Shown one piece after another: positions 40,718 to 53,160 of a stretch of 64,000 nucleotides of DNA. The position numbers were made by a program, and so were the translations under genes. The first letter of the stretch is position 1. Each line of letters starts with the position of its first letter. The notes below the pieces were generated by a model. The model was not told the origin of the DNA. It did not search any database and saw nothing but the letters and a program-made list of their open reading frames with translations. The stretch comes from Camelus ferus. Its lineage: Eukaryota. The stretch is from positions 48,734,001 through 48,798,000 of the forward strand of contig NC_045707.1 in the NCBI RefSeq assembly GCF_009834535.1. Reading direction: 5' to 3'.

Positions 40718-40891
40718 CTCCCAAGAAAGCCCTCATTTTTATAACCTGGCAAAATCCCGTTAATATCATTGCTCGAAAAAGAAAAAAAAAGAAAGCTAGA
40801 TACTGGAAACCTAACTAACTGCAATGTGGATGTTTTTCCCACATGACTTATTATGCGTAAAGCCAAATATGCAGTTTAAATAATTGCCTAC

Positions 40892-40897
40892 AATAAA
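40892..40897 (+). terminator. PolyA signal AATAAA (first one after the stop codon)
   Basis: AATAAA 175 nt after the stop, followed by U-rich sequence. Confidence 0.55.
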
Positions 40898-41041
40898 AAA
40901 ATATTTTGCCTGCCACTTTCAGAATCCTTTTTTGAAGCTTCTTGTTGATGTTACCTGAGCTCTTGCAGATATTCTTATTTCACTAAATGTAAAATTTGGA
41001 GTAAACAATTTAGTTAAGCTTTTAATTTCCAGAAGGAATCC

Positions 41042-41047
41042 AATAAA
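41042..41047 (+). terminator. PolyA signal AATAAA (candidate)
   Basis: Canonical hexamer in the 3'UTR. Confidence 0.4.
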
Positions 41048-41206
41048 AATGATATCAATCTTCTGTAACTCATACGGTGGTTAGCTCCTTTGACATAGTC
41101 TAGCAATGTATTCATCCCCATTATTACTGGTAAAGCCTCATTTGAGTGTGTAAATTCTCTATAGGCTATGTAAAAGTTTTGCTAATGTCATTATTTTGAA
41201 AAAGAA

Positions 41207-41212
41207 AATAAA
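41207..41212 (+). terminator. PolyA signal AATAAA (distal candidate)
   Basis: Canonical hexamer in the 3'UTR. Confidence 0.5.
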
Positions 41213-42037
41213 TTCACAAGTACATTTAAAATTACTATTGTATAAAAGTGTAATTGTAAATCTTCCCTGACCTCAGTTTTCTGAAAAGAATAGACATTGC
41301 TTTCTTGATAAAAAAAAAAGCACACCTTTTCACGTTCTTAGGCATGTATTCCACCCCATCCTTTGACATGTATGTATTATAACTTACTTTATCTATATTC
41401 AGTGTTCAGCTGATAAGGCACAAAGCTGACTTCTTATTGGTCTTAAAAAACTGATATTTTCACATACTAAATACTAAATCAATTTTTAAAATATGTGCAC
41501 TATCAGGCTGCTCACCTGAACATTTCTGTGTTTACTAGATGTATTAGAAATATTTCCTGCATTTAGTAATTATCTTTGATTTTAGAAATTTTTTAATGCA
41601 GGATTTAGAAATAGCTATCAAAACAGACCATTCACAAGCCTGGGGAATGGGCTGATTTACCAAGAGTAAATATTTATCAAAAAGTACATTTCTGCTATCA
41701 ACTTATTATTAGTAAGTAAACATGTGAAGACAGTTTGTTTCTCCTATAATCCTGGATGTTTTCTGGTTGCAAATACTGAAACCCAGATCCAAACTGCTTT
41801 AAACTATAAAGGAAAATACAAAACAGTCTTGCTAGTAGATGAGCCTTTAGCTGAGTTTCTCTGCAATTCTTTCAGCTTTGCCTTCCTTCTTACACGTTCA
41901 GCTTATGCTTTGCAAAATATGAATCTACTCCAGTATTTACCCCCTCACAAAAGCATATTAACACAAAATTTCAGGAAAAATCATGAGAATCTCCCTAATT
42001 ATTACATATAAACTTCAAAGCTTTCTCTTTTAATCTT

Positions 42038-42400
42038 TGTACAAATCAGGGTCTGGCAGAGAACAGAATTTACCCCAGAGAATTTAAATGAAGATAATTT
42101 AATGAAAGGACTACTCTAGAGTGTTTATAAAGTTTACCACATCAAACAAGGGATGCTGACGTACCTAGAGAAAGGCAGTGGAGCAAAGGCATTCCCACCC
42201 GAGTGGCTTAACGGACGGGGGAAGAAACTGAGCTTCTGGAGCGAAGTGAGAGGACAACAATGGAAGATTTCCACACCCAGGGGAGCCCTTCTGCCTGCGA
42301 CTTCTGCCAGAAGCGAAGTGCTGAAGCAGGGTGTCTACCTTTCTCTTTTTTCTACTTCAGATCGTCCACTAACCAAACTTACAGGGAAGACAACCCTCAA
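42038..42400. mobile_element. Old ERVL/MaLR-like LTR remnant
   Basis: tcagggtctggcagagaacagaa…aatttaatgaaaggactact resembles old LTR termini. Confidence 0.45.
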
Positions 42401-43944
42401 GAAAGCCAGAGATGATGGCTTCTCCTGGGGCAGAGCAGAGAAGGGAGGGGAGTGGATCTGGTCAGGGCACTTGGAGAATAATCAGCCCGGGCACTGCAAC
42501 TGTATCTCTACAATCACTGAACAAATTCCACCAACCTCACCTAAGCATTACATTCTCATCGTATGTCATCCCAGGCACTTTTTCTGAATCCAAATTATTT
42601 TAGATTTTTTTGCACTGATCAGAAGTGCTAATAAATATAAAAAATATTTGATAAAACTCTGTCACATGATTAGCTAAATCTAGGTTTTCCATTCGTGAAA
42701 CACCAGGTTTTTTTTATAATGACTGACTAGAGCAGAGTTTACTGGTTGAAAGAAATACAGTTAGCTGTTAAAATTTGAAGTGTAAACAGAAAACGTACAC
42801 AGTCAATATTAATGGGCAGTCAGTTATGTACTGCACATAAATTTGGCTGAAAACCAAAATAATATTTGGATAACCCTAAAACTCATGAGAACTGGCGCAC
42901 AGAGCTCTAAGCTGTTGCCATGAAAGCCACAGTCTCCCTTATACCAGTTACTGCCTGAAATACACAAAGCTCTGTACGAGCGTTGAATTACGTGGTGGAC
43001 TTTCATGAAGTGATCATGTTAGTGATATTTATTCATAGTCTGTTATCAGTCAATAACTGGGAGAGGCTACTTACTGACTTAACGTAGTCCATTCATTCGT
43101 TCATTCATTCAGTAAACTAACAACGAACATACTGCAGACATGAGATAACTCCTGGTAGAAAGTTGAGAACAACAACAACAATAACAGACACTTATTTCTA
43201 GAATTATTTCAGAATTATTAGAATGTATTCAGTGCACACAACAAATCGCCAGCTTCTGTGCTAGGCTCTTTGTGAGCCATGTCTACTTGTCACAAAAATC
43301 CCACAAGAATGTACTATTTCCATTTCACAGAATGAAAATGAGAGATAGGAAATGCAGAGTCAGAATTATAACCCTGATTCAGTTAGGATCAGCCTTTCCT
43401 TTTACAATAGTTTATACAAGTCATGCCATGTCAAGACCAAAAGTGGTAGTCTTAAAAAAACTACGAAGGGAATCTATGCATGGTTCTCAGCAGTTCCTCT
43501 GCATTGTTAATAGGTTACAGTCTCAAGGTACAGGTGTCAAAAAGATAATAACTATGGTTTATTGAGTACTATGTCTTAAATGTACACGCATTATCTCATT
43601 TAATAATCACCCTGTGGGCCTATGCATGGTTATTTAATGTGCAGATGAGCAAATGCAGCCCCAGAGACTGGCAAGTAATTTGAAGCTTAAAAGTAAGAAA
43701 GGCAAACTTTCCATCACTTCAACATCTTGCCCTCTGCTACTTTAGAAAAGAATGTATTTGTGCCCAACAATGAGGAATCACTGAATATCCATAGCATCTT
43801 CCATCTTCTTTGCAATATTGTGTGGGGCTGTAAAATAATGGGCAATCCCACAGTCCAAATTAGTGTTTTTACATTTCAAAAAGTATAAATTTGTCCATAA
43901 AAAACTGAAAATATTCTACAACACTGTTCAACTTTGAAAATGTT

Positions 43945-44085
43945 CTATATCAGTACCATTCAGTATGGTATCCACTTGCCAAATAAGGATATGGAATTGA
44001 AGAACTTAATCTTAAAATTTTATTTAATTTTAATGAATTTAAAATTAATAACCATATGTCACTAGTTAATATCACATTGGCTAAT
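43945..44085. mobile_element. MER3-like hAT-Charlie MITE remnant
   Basis: ttcagtatggtatccact…attttatttaattttaatgaattt…ccatatgtcactagtt…cacattgg. Confidence 0.55.
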
Positions 44086-44144
44086 ACTCCCAGTGACTTT
44101 AAATATCACTTTCAGGGTACAGAGTGGATTTCTGTTCATGGAAA

Positions 44145-44455
44145 AATATTTACTAGGCCTGTGCTAGACACTGGCGATACAAAAATGAGTAAGATGCCAT
44201 TTTTGGACTTTAAGGTGATCATAGTTTAACGAAGGACACAAACATTTAGCCAAACAATAGAAATATATATAAAGAAATTTTATCATAAGAATATATGCAA
44301 CATACAGCAGTGGCTCAGAGGAAGAGTGATCAGTTCTGCCAAGGGAAGGAGAACAAGCAGTGAGGAGCACTTCACTGAGGAGGTAAGTGGGTTTTGATGA
44401 ATGTGTAAGAGTTTAACAGGGAGATTTGGGGGAAGGAGCTGTTCAAGGCATAGAG
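44145..44455 (-). mobile_element. L2 3' region
   Basis: tgtgctagacactggcgatacaaaaatgagtaagat…cttcactgaggaggtaa. Confidence 0.7.
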
Positions 44456-45024
44456 TAAGTACATCTTCTCTGATAGGCTGGCATAAAGGAGGACTTACTC
44501 TGCCTTCTATACGTTCCACAATCCTGCTGGCCCACAAAATATCAATTTCCCAGGATGTCCAATAACAGGGAGGAAATGTCTTCTTTTTTCTTACACCTCT
44601 CAAATGATCCTACTCTCCTAGCTACAGTGAAAAGCTAGTTTCTATTGTCCATGTCATCTCTAGACTTTTTTTTTTTTTTTTTCAGAACTGGACCTTGAAC
44701 GCTGTACTCTCTCTAGTCCTGCCTCCTCCATGCTGTAGCCTTCCTCTTGTAGGGAGAACACTTCCAGTAGCCCTGCAGCTTAACCTACTCCTGGCTGAGG
44801 GATGGATGGAGATAGAAGGACAGGGAAGGCCTTTTTAGACTTTCATCTGTAAGGCAGACCCTCCAACACATCTTTTCCAGCAAGAAAGCTGTTTCTAATT
44901 TTGTTCGGGATCCACAGGAGGGAGGGGATTGACCCCTCTGCATCCCACTCTGAAGTATCAGATAACTTCTTTCTTCTACATCTTTCCTTTGAAATAAAGA
45001 TAAATGTGGCTCATTTCCTTGACT

Positions 45025-45205
45025 CCAACATTTGCTATTTGCGTGACTTATGAAAGTTATTTAACCTTTCTGTGACTCGTTTCCGTGTCTATAAAATGAA
45101 TGTAACAATGATACGAATCTTATAGATTGGTCTGTGACTTAAATGGGTTAACATGGAGTAAAACCCTTAGCTCAGAGCCTAGCACATGAAACGGGCTTAA
45201 TGAAG
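45025..45205 (+). mobile_element. MIR SINE
   Basis: gtgacttatgaaagttatttaacctttctgtgactcgtttcc…ctataaaatg. Confidence 0.7.
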
Positions 45206-45445
45206 TATATGGGTTGCTCCTGCTGTCATTCCCCAGGCTGCATAGTTCAGGCTGCAGGCATCTCCAGGGAAATTATGTCTCTGGGCTGGGGTGTGGTCCC
45301 AGATTGTGCATTTCAAACAAGCTCCCAGAAGTGCTACTGCCCCTTGGTCTGTACTTTGAAGAACAGAGCAATAATGTCTTCTTATTTCCTACTGGACCGT
45401 GTCTGTATCTCGTCTCCACTGCTTGGCCCCTGTGAAAACCCTCTC

Positions 45446-45891
45446 TGTGTGAGTGTCCTAGGGATGCTGTGACAAAGTTAGACAAACAGGGGTGGTCGAA
45501 AATAACAGAAGTTTAGTCCCTCACTGTTCTGGAGGCTAGAAGTTCAAAATCAAGGTATTGGCAGGGCCATGCTCCCTCTAAAGGCTCTAGGGAGACCCCT
45601 CCATGCTCCTTCAAGCTTCCAGGTGGCTCCAAGTGTTCTTGGTTTGAGGCAAAATAATTCTAATCTCTGCCTCTGTCTCCACATGGCTTCCCTCTCTTGT
45701 GTATCTGTGTCTGTTCTCTTCTTATAAGGACACCAGTGATGTTGGATTAAGCCCCACCCCGAAATCAGCATGACCTCATCTTAACTCGATTACATCTGCA
45801 AAGACCCTATTTCCAACAAAATCACACTTACAGGTACTAGGGGTTAGATCCTGAACCTATCTTTTGAGGGGACACAGTTCAACCATTAACA
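45446..45891 (-). mobile_element. Solo MaLR LTR (MLT1B/C-like)
   Basis: TG…CA ends; tcactgttctggaggctagaagttcaaaatcaagg…gacctcatcttaact…tacatctgcaaagaccctatttcc; near-TSD ctctc/ctcac. Confidence 0.88.
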
Positions 45892-47114
45892 CTCACTCTT
45901 TTAATCTTTATAAAAATGCTTATTTTCTGTTTTTATTTTTATTAACATTTTTGTTTGAGTGTGTGGGGTTTACAGAAGAGACTGGAAAGTGTGAATCTGC
46001 CCTTTGCAGACATTCATGCTGGCCTAGGCTTACACCTTTTTGTCTTAAGTGCTGTCATCTTACCATGTTCCAGTGACTCAGATTCTCCAGAACAAGTATT
46101 CATGTTCTTTTAATGCACTCCTCTTCAATGACCTTGATCTGGCAATGACAGTTACTATGTCATTCTCATTATATAAATCAGGCATAACCTGGAAGTCTGC
46201 TTTTTTCCTGTTTCACTCATTTTACTAAGTCATCACCATTACCTTCCTTTTCTTTTTCTCTTCCTCCTTCTCCATAAGGCAAGTGCCAGGGAACTCCTCA
46301 TTCCACAGTTTATTGCAGCTGCAGATGTAGAATCTCATTGCCTTATCTTCCAGGCAAACAAAGAAACGCCTAATCCCTTAAGTAAACTCAAAATGTATAT
46401 ACAACAGTTTCTCATTCATCCAAAGCTCCAGAGAGGCTGAGTCCTTTCCAAGTCTGCTCCTTAACGCGCACTGTTAACTCTTAACAGTCTTCATTGCCTT
46501 TCAGACTCTCCTCTCCTGCAGAACAGCATCACAGGGCTGCCAAGCTGATATTCCTTTTCTGACTTTGATGCTTATTTTTTAATCCCCCCATGAATGGCTA
46601 AAGAATTTCTTTTAGGGGCTCTGTTTATGTGGTCTAGTGCACCATCTGTCACGTTTACTTCAAGTCACAGGTCTGCGACAGACTGTCAACTTCACACTAC
46701 AGAGTAGAACAGTAGAAAATGAAGAAAAATCGAGAGGAAAAAAAACCCATTAAACTTATTAAAACCAAACATAAATACCCAGGAATGTAAAATAATCTTC
46801 AAATGCAGCTAAATAATTTTGAAGTAAGAGAAAGTCGTCCTGTCTCTCCGGTGCAAGGTAACCGGAGAAGGCCTGGACCAGACGCCCCCGAGGACAGGAC
46901 TCCCGACCACAGACCAGCCCTCAAGGAGTAAGAGATTTTCTCTCCAGGCTCCTTGTTCCAGTAGGGACAATGAGGGCTAAGTTAATGCTTCTAGGCCTTC
47001 ACAGGCCTTCACAGACAAGCTTAGGAACACAAATCAATTTAAAAATATCCTCAAATATCAAAATAATCTAACCCTTCTATCCAGGCGTGATGTGTGTATT
47101 AGCCCATATCGCTC

Positions 47115-48095
47115 CATTCATTCAACACGTATTTATTAAAGACCTGCTGTCTGTCTGACGTTGTTCAGTGGCTGAGATAGAGCCGTAAACAATGTCTCAT
47201 CCTCACACAAGCAGGCATCACAATGCGAGGAGACCTTCCAGGGCATGGCAAGTAAAACGGGGGAAAGTAAAGGAGGAACAGGGTATGAGGAACATGGGAG
47301 AATGGGACTGACCAATGAGGATGGTCAGAGAAAGATCTTTACATAAAGTGATACTTGAGCAGAGATAATGAAGGATGGAAGAAAGCGAGCCAAAAAAAGG
47401 AGCCCAAAGTTAGGAAGATGCATGGCAATTTCTAGTAGCAGCAGAGTGGTCAAATATGAACAGGTAAAGTGACTAAGGAAAGGCAAGATATGGCACAAGG
47501 TCAGGGAGGTCATGGGAACCTATGTCCTGAAGGGCTTTTTAGGCAATTTAAAAGACTTTAAACTTGTCTTTGCCTTTGCTTTTGCCCTGAGCCAGATGGG
47601 ACACTATTGAAGGGTTTTCAGCAGAGGAATGACTTGATTCAACTATCCATGAAAGGGTACGTCAGGTTGCCTGGCCTGTAGATGGACAGGGATGGACCCA
47701 GGAGGGATATTTAGGACACCACTGCAATAATCAAGCAAGAGATGATGATGGGTTTGACGTGGACAGTAGCAGGGAAGGTGATGCGAAGGAGTGTTTGGAA
47801 GATACAGAGGATAGGAAGCCAAGCAAGGCCTGAGAGTCCAAATGGTCTGTGAGAGAGAAAGAATAGGGACAGAGATGATTCCAAGAATTTTGGCCTGAAC
47901 CCCTGGAAAGATGAAGTCACCATTGACCGAGATGGGAAAGATTGTGAGGAGGAGTCTGATTTTGGATCTGTTCATTTTGAGGTGCCTGTTCAGTTTCTAC
48001 TTGGAGGTATCAAGGAGGCTTTGGCACTAAGTCTGGAACTTAGAGGAGAGGGATGGATTGTGGACATAAATCTGGGCAATGTCAGAGTATAGACT
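47115..48095 (-). mobile_element. L2a 3' region
   Basis: cattcattcaacacgtatttatt…ttgaagggttttcagcagaggaatgac…agatgattccaagaattttggcctgaac. Confidence 0.8.
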
Positions 48096-49797
48096 GTCCT
48101 TCTTTATCAGGACAGAAATGATTTGACTTTATCCAAACTAAGCAGTCATACTGTACATGTTAGCAGCACATTTTACAGGGCCAATTCTGGCTTTGTGCAA
48201 TGTTCTTGTGGTTTCTAAGATAAATAAACATATTATATGTTTCCCTCTGGATGCCTTTGCTAAGATCCTGTCAGCATTTCCAAAACAGTCCTTGCCTGAA
48301 GAACACCACGAAAGAAAAAATCCTCTTGAGGAGAAAGAATTTTATTGTTTTTGAAAAAAAAAATCCCTGTGTTTTCTCTTACGAGTTTAAAATTGTATAA
48401 AAACACAGTCTAGTTGCTGTTTCCCTCAAGAGCTCACATTAACGAAAATACAGTGTGGTGCCTGCCTTGAATGTGGGTTGATAACTTGCTGGTGGTTTGA
48501 CAGTTATGAACAAACAGTCCTGTACCATAAAGAAGGCATATTCCTAAAACTCCAAGAGATCTCAGGGGGCCTCGGGCACTGGACCAACATACTTAACTAC
48601 AAAAGCATGGAAACATACAAATCCCACAGTCGAGGTCATTATTTCATGGGCTCCTAGCATAGACAATTCTGCTATAACTTACACTGATCACTAGTTTATG
48701 AAGATTCCATGAGGTCACTTGACCTGGCATTGATAAGTGAAAAATAAAACATTCTCCTTGAAATAATTTACTTTCTCTCATCTCTTCCCAAAACCAGTTA
48801 TGCATGTGTGTGGATGTGTGTGGAGGGGTATACTCTTGTCATCTTAACATGCTAAAAGAGAAAATAAAATTTTAATTAATTTGATCATTCATTCTTGTAT
48901 TTATTGAATCCACATTTTCACTGAGGATATAGAATATGACAGGAACTATGCTTGGTCTGGAGAAAATGAAAATTTTAAAAAGTACATTTTATTTTCTGTG
49001 GTCAGTAACAATGGGATGTGAAAGTGAGATATTATTTTAATAAACTTTAAAAATGAATGAAAAGATAATATCTAAGAAGGTCCTGAGAGGAAATGAAAGT
49101 CAAAAGTATTGTGTCCCCTTTCATGATTAAAAATTATAATGTTAAACAAATTTCCTGTGGCTGTCCTTGACTCTAGGAGAAACATCTGGAGCACTGTGAG
49201 AAATACCAGGCCACCTACAACTCACAAAGCTTACTCTGAGGTCTAGGGAATGATAAACAAACCTTCTGAGACCAGATGTTTCTGAGTGCTGTTATTTGGT
49301 TCAGATCCTTCTCATACCATCTGGACTGATAGATGGATTTCTCCCTACGGTTTTTCTTCCTAGCTGCAGCCAACTCTCATTGACAAATATACTAAAAATC
49401 TATCTGAGTGACCATACAGTTTGTAAATCTTAAAAAGGAAAGTGAGTGCAGAAAACTCAACTTCGCATGTGTGGGCTGTATAACTTAGCCCAGGTATAAA
49501 AGTTGCTGTCACATTCACAAAGCCTGCATTTTCTCAGATATCTAGGGTCCATTTTAAACTCCTTGCTGAAAAAGGATGTCTTAGGCGCTAGCTGGCAAAG
49601 TTGGATATCAGGTAACAATGTAAACACAGTCTTCTTTTAGATGGCTGGAACTCCTTGACCTTGGTCCTTTCTGACTCTGCAAATAGCAAATTGATTTAAA
49701 GTTGTTTTGCTTTATTTTTTTGCATAGGAAAATGTGTATTTTCCCTAGTTTTATTGAGATATAATTGATGTATAACATTATGTAAGTTGGAGGTGTA

Positions 49798-50013
49798 TAG
49801 TAGACCCTGGAACAATGCCAGTTTGAACTGTACAGGTCCATTTATACACATGTGTTTTTCAATAAACACATATAATACCACAGGACTCCTAATTGATTGA
49901 CTCCAGAGGTGCAGAACCACACATACAGACGTGATGCGACTTGAGCATCCACAGATTTTCGAATCTGTGGGATGTCCTGGAACCAATCCCCTGCGGATAC
50001 CAAGGGAAGACTG
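49798..50013. mobile_element. Tc1/mariner-Tigger MITE (MER2/Tigger2-like) with TA target duplication
   Basis: Flanked by TA at 49796-97 and 50014-15; the right end tcctggaaccaatcccctgcggataccaagggaagactg is MER2-like. Confidence 0.8.
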
Positions 50014-50042
50014 TACAACATAATGATTTGGGGTTTATAAAA

Positions 50043-50045
<3 letters not shown>

Positions 50046-50085
<40 letters not shown>
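50046..50085. repeat. (CA)~20 microsatellite
   Basis: Seen directly. Confidence 0.95.
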
Positions 50086-50086
<1 letters not shown>

Positions 50087-50502
50087 ATGAAATGATTACT
50101 GCAATATGTTTAGTTAAAGTCTGTCAGTTTATATCCATTCTCTGGGTTTTCTTTCAGTAGCAATGATAACAATAACAATAACAGTGCTTCTTTGCATTGA
50201 TATGACAGCTTTTGGTTGACAACTGTATTCACTCCTATAATCTCATTGCTGTTTTATAACCAACAGTGGAATTGATTTATACTCTGATAGGAAAAGGAGA
50301 CAGGAACTAAGTAATTTAAAAAGGCTTTGATAGAGAAATGAAATTAAATATACACCTAATCCATTAGTTTGGGGACAGGGCGTTGCACTGCTAACAGAGT
50401 TGGGGAAGAAAAATACCTCTTTTTCTGCTCCACTTCGTACTGGTATCGCCTCCACCTCTTCACCTGCTCACTCCCTCATTCTCCTATTTATCCATTCCCT
50501 CC

Positions 50503-50585
50503 CTGTATGGACTGAAGGTGACATTCCAAAATTCATATGTTGAAAGCTTATCCCCCACAGTGATGGTATTAGGAGGTGGGCTCTT
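50503..50585 (+). mobile_element. MLT1A/MST LTR 5' fragment
   Basis: tgtatggactgaa…ccaaaattcatatgttgaa…gtgatggtattaggaggtggg. Confidence 0.7.
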
Positions 50586-51487
50586 TTTTCTCTAAGATCA
50601 GGAAAAATCAAGACTAACTAATCTTACCACTTCTACTGAATAGTATACAGAAAGTCTTAGGTAATGAAGTAGACAAGAAAAAAAAAATAAAACCATGAAG
50701 ATTAGAAGGAAGATGTAAAACCCTCTTCATCTGAAGATGATGTGAACATGTCCATAGAAAAATACTAAGATATCAATAAAAGATAGCTACTAAAATTAAT
50801 AATAAGTGATCTTTGGTAAGATCATAGAATGCAAGACTAACATGCAGGAATCAGGTGTGTTTTTGTTTACCAGCAGCAAAAACCTGAAATATTTTGTTAC
50901 TCTGTTTACCTTAGAATTATAAAATGTCTGCTGGAAAACTTATGAATAAATTTAACAGGAAACATGTAAGGCATATACATACAAACTAAAAAATATTCCT
51001 CACAGAAATTAAAGAAGACCTTAACGATGGAAGACATATGCGATGTTCATCATCTCGTAAGATAATTGACCTGTAGAGTCATCACAAGTCAAATCATAGT
51101 TCTAATAAGCTTTCATCTCAAAATTGACAAGCTGACTCTAAAGTTTACATGAAAAGGCAAACAACTGCATAGATACAAAGTTTTTTTTCCAAGGAAAAAA
51201 ATTGAGAATTTACACTTTTAATAAAGCTCAGTGTGGCAGTGGTGAAGGGATGGATAGAAAGATCAACTGAACAGAAGAGAGTTGAGCATGGAAATGAGCC
51301 CACACACATGCAGTCCAAGGACTGTTAGTGACAGTGACAAGGCGATTCAAATGGGAAAGAAAGTCACTTTCACAAATGGTCCTGGAACAACTGGATATTT
51401 AAAACATACGCATGAAAACAACATGCATGAAAAACAATGTATATTGACCATTACCTTATACTCGACATAAAAATTAACTCAAAAGGG
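50586..51487 (+). mobile_element. Degenerate L1 ORF2 fragment (RT region onward)
   Basis: Decayed match to the L1 segment …PLLFNIVLEVLA…IRQEKEIK…LSLFADD…, continuing to aaaattaactcaaaa (KINSK). Confidence 0.8.
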
Positions 51488-51878
51488 ATGTGATATCTCA
51501 CCGTGGTTTTGATTGGTATTTGTGTGATGATTAATGCTGAGCATCTTTTATACACCTGTTGGCCATCTGTATATCCTCTTTGGAAAAATTCCTATTCAGA
51601 TCGTTTGCTCATTTTTCCACTGGGCTGTTTTTTTTTTTTTTTTTTTTTTTTATTGTATTAGATGTTTATGTTTTGGATATTAACCCCTTATCAGAAATAC
51701 CATTTCCAAACATTTTTTTCCCATTTGGTAGGCAGCCTTTTAATTTTGTTGATGGTTTCCTTTTCTGTGTAAAAGCTTTTAAGTTTAATTAAGTCACATT
51801 TGTTTATTTTTGCTCTTGTTTCCCTTGCCTGAGGAGACAGACTCAAAAAAATACTGCTAAGACCTATGTCAAAGAGCC
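51488..51878 (-). mobile_element. L1 ORF2 3' fragment
   Basis: gtggttttgatt…gagcatcttttt…ctgttggccatctgtatatcctctttggaaaaa…gatattaaccccttatcaga. Confidence 0.85.
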
Positions 51879-52369
51879 AATACTATTATTTATCTCGAGT
51901 CAATTTCTGGAAGAGCAGTAGCTTTTATATTCTCTAAACTTATGCCTTAATTAATACTTTTTGGTCTAATTTTGAGATTGGAGTTTCAATAAGTTACATG
52001 CAAAATTGGATAAAAATGGTATATTATGGGCAAAAATGTAAGTTTAGAAATAGAGAAGCAATTCATTTTTATAACATCTTATGCAGGCTTTTTGTTTTCA
52101 TGTTTCTTGGCAGAGCCACAGAAATGGTACACTTCTGAGTCTCTAATTTACTTTTGAATTTTTCCTCTTCTCATTATATCAGACAGCTAAGAGGACCAGT
52201 GATGGAACCAGGAATTTCCTCCCTAATTCAGCAAATTCACATTCTCAAAATCATTCTGAAAGACCAGAATGCTGCACACCGTTTAGCTTTCCTGCTTAAT
52301 ATATAAAAGGATAATTCTTTAAAAGCTGAAAGAAACAAAAAGACAAAAAAAATCTGAAGTGTTTGTTGA

Positions 52370-53160
52370 TAGGTAAAATGCCAGCCTGAATAGAAATCAC
52401 TCAAGGATGAGAAAATATTGTAAAAATAGCTACAACTTTATGGAAAAAATCTGCACCATACAATGAAAAAGAGAACTGAAGTTGGGGGGGTGTGGTCACT
52501 GGTTTAAAAACCATTTATCTAGAAAGCAGAAATTTTGAAAAGTCTAACCTTCTACTCTAAATAAATATTGAAAAAGTAGCACGTATGAAACAGGAAATAC
52601 TGAGACAGAAGGAAAGCAAGAACTGGGGGACAGGCAGAGTTTAAAGAAAAGAAACCACATTATGAGAATAGTAAGACAGTTTCAGAAAACAGCAAAGAGG
52701 TAGAGCAGCACCGCAGAAAGGAAACACAAAGGTATGAGTCACTCAGTGCGATGACAAAGAGAAACAGTGAGAAAATCATCTCATGGGTAATTGCTGCTCT
52801 TTAAAAGGAAACATTCAACTAGTGCAAAATGAATAATCAAAGGCAGAACAGGAGAAATATTCTCAGTTGGTGATTAGAATCTGTAGCTTACAAGAGGACT
52901 CATAAAGTATTAATGGAAAGAAAACAATCTTAAGGAAATCTGGTAAAGTATTTGGATATCAAACATGTACATAATACCATGCACACACAGACACACACAC
53001 CTCACAGGTTTGTGGGACAAACAACAACAAATAGGAGTCTATCAACAGAAGAAAAACAATTATAGCTTCCTTGGGCTTCTCTACAGCACTAAACTTCAGA
53101 AGAATAAAGAGCAAGTTTCTCAGTATTTTGACACAAAAATCTGTGACTACGTCTATATAC
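52370..53160 (+). mobile_element. Very old HAL1/L1 ORF1-like remnant
   Basis: A-rich decayed coding-like sequence ending …gcttccttgggcttctctacagcac…. Confidence 0.4.

Larger units (their letters stand above)
8557..41212 (+). other. DCN: Decorin gene span (exon Ia to distal polyA signal; both ends approximate)
   Basis: Coding exons of 214+113+214+114+94+139+195 nt join in frame to 360 aa: signal peptide, DEASGIG GAG site, CX3CXCX6C cluster, LRRs and a C-terminal Cys pair. Confidence 0.98.
49735..50125 (-). mobile_element. L1MA9-like 3' end, interrupted by a MITE and (CA)n
   Basis: ttttattgagatataattgatgtataacattatgtaagtt…aggtgta|caacataatgattt…aaatgattac. Confidence 0.75.

Noticed and set aside
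42153..42587. 144-aa ORF, the longest in the track
   Set aside because: Overlaps an LTR-like remnant; no domain or splice support.
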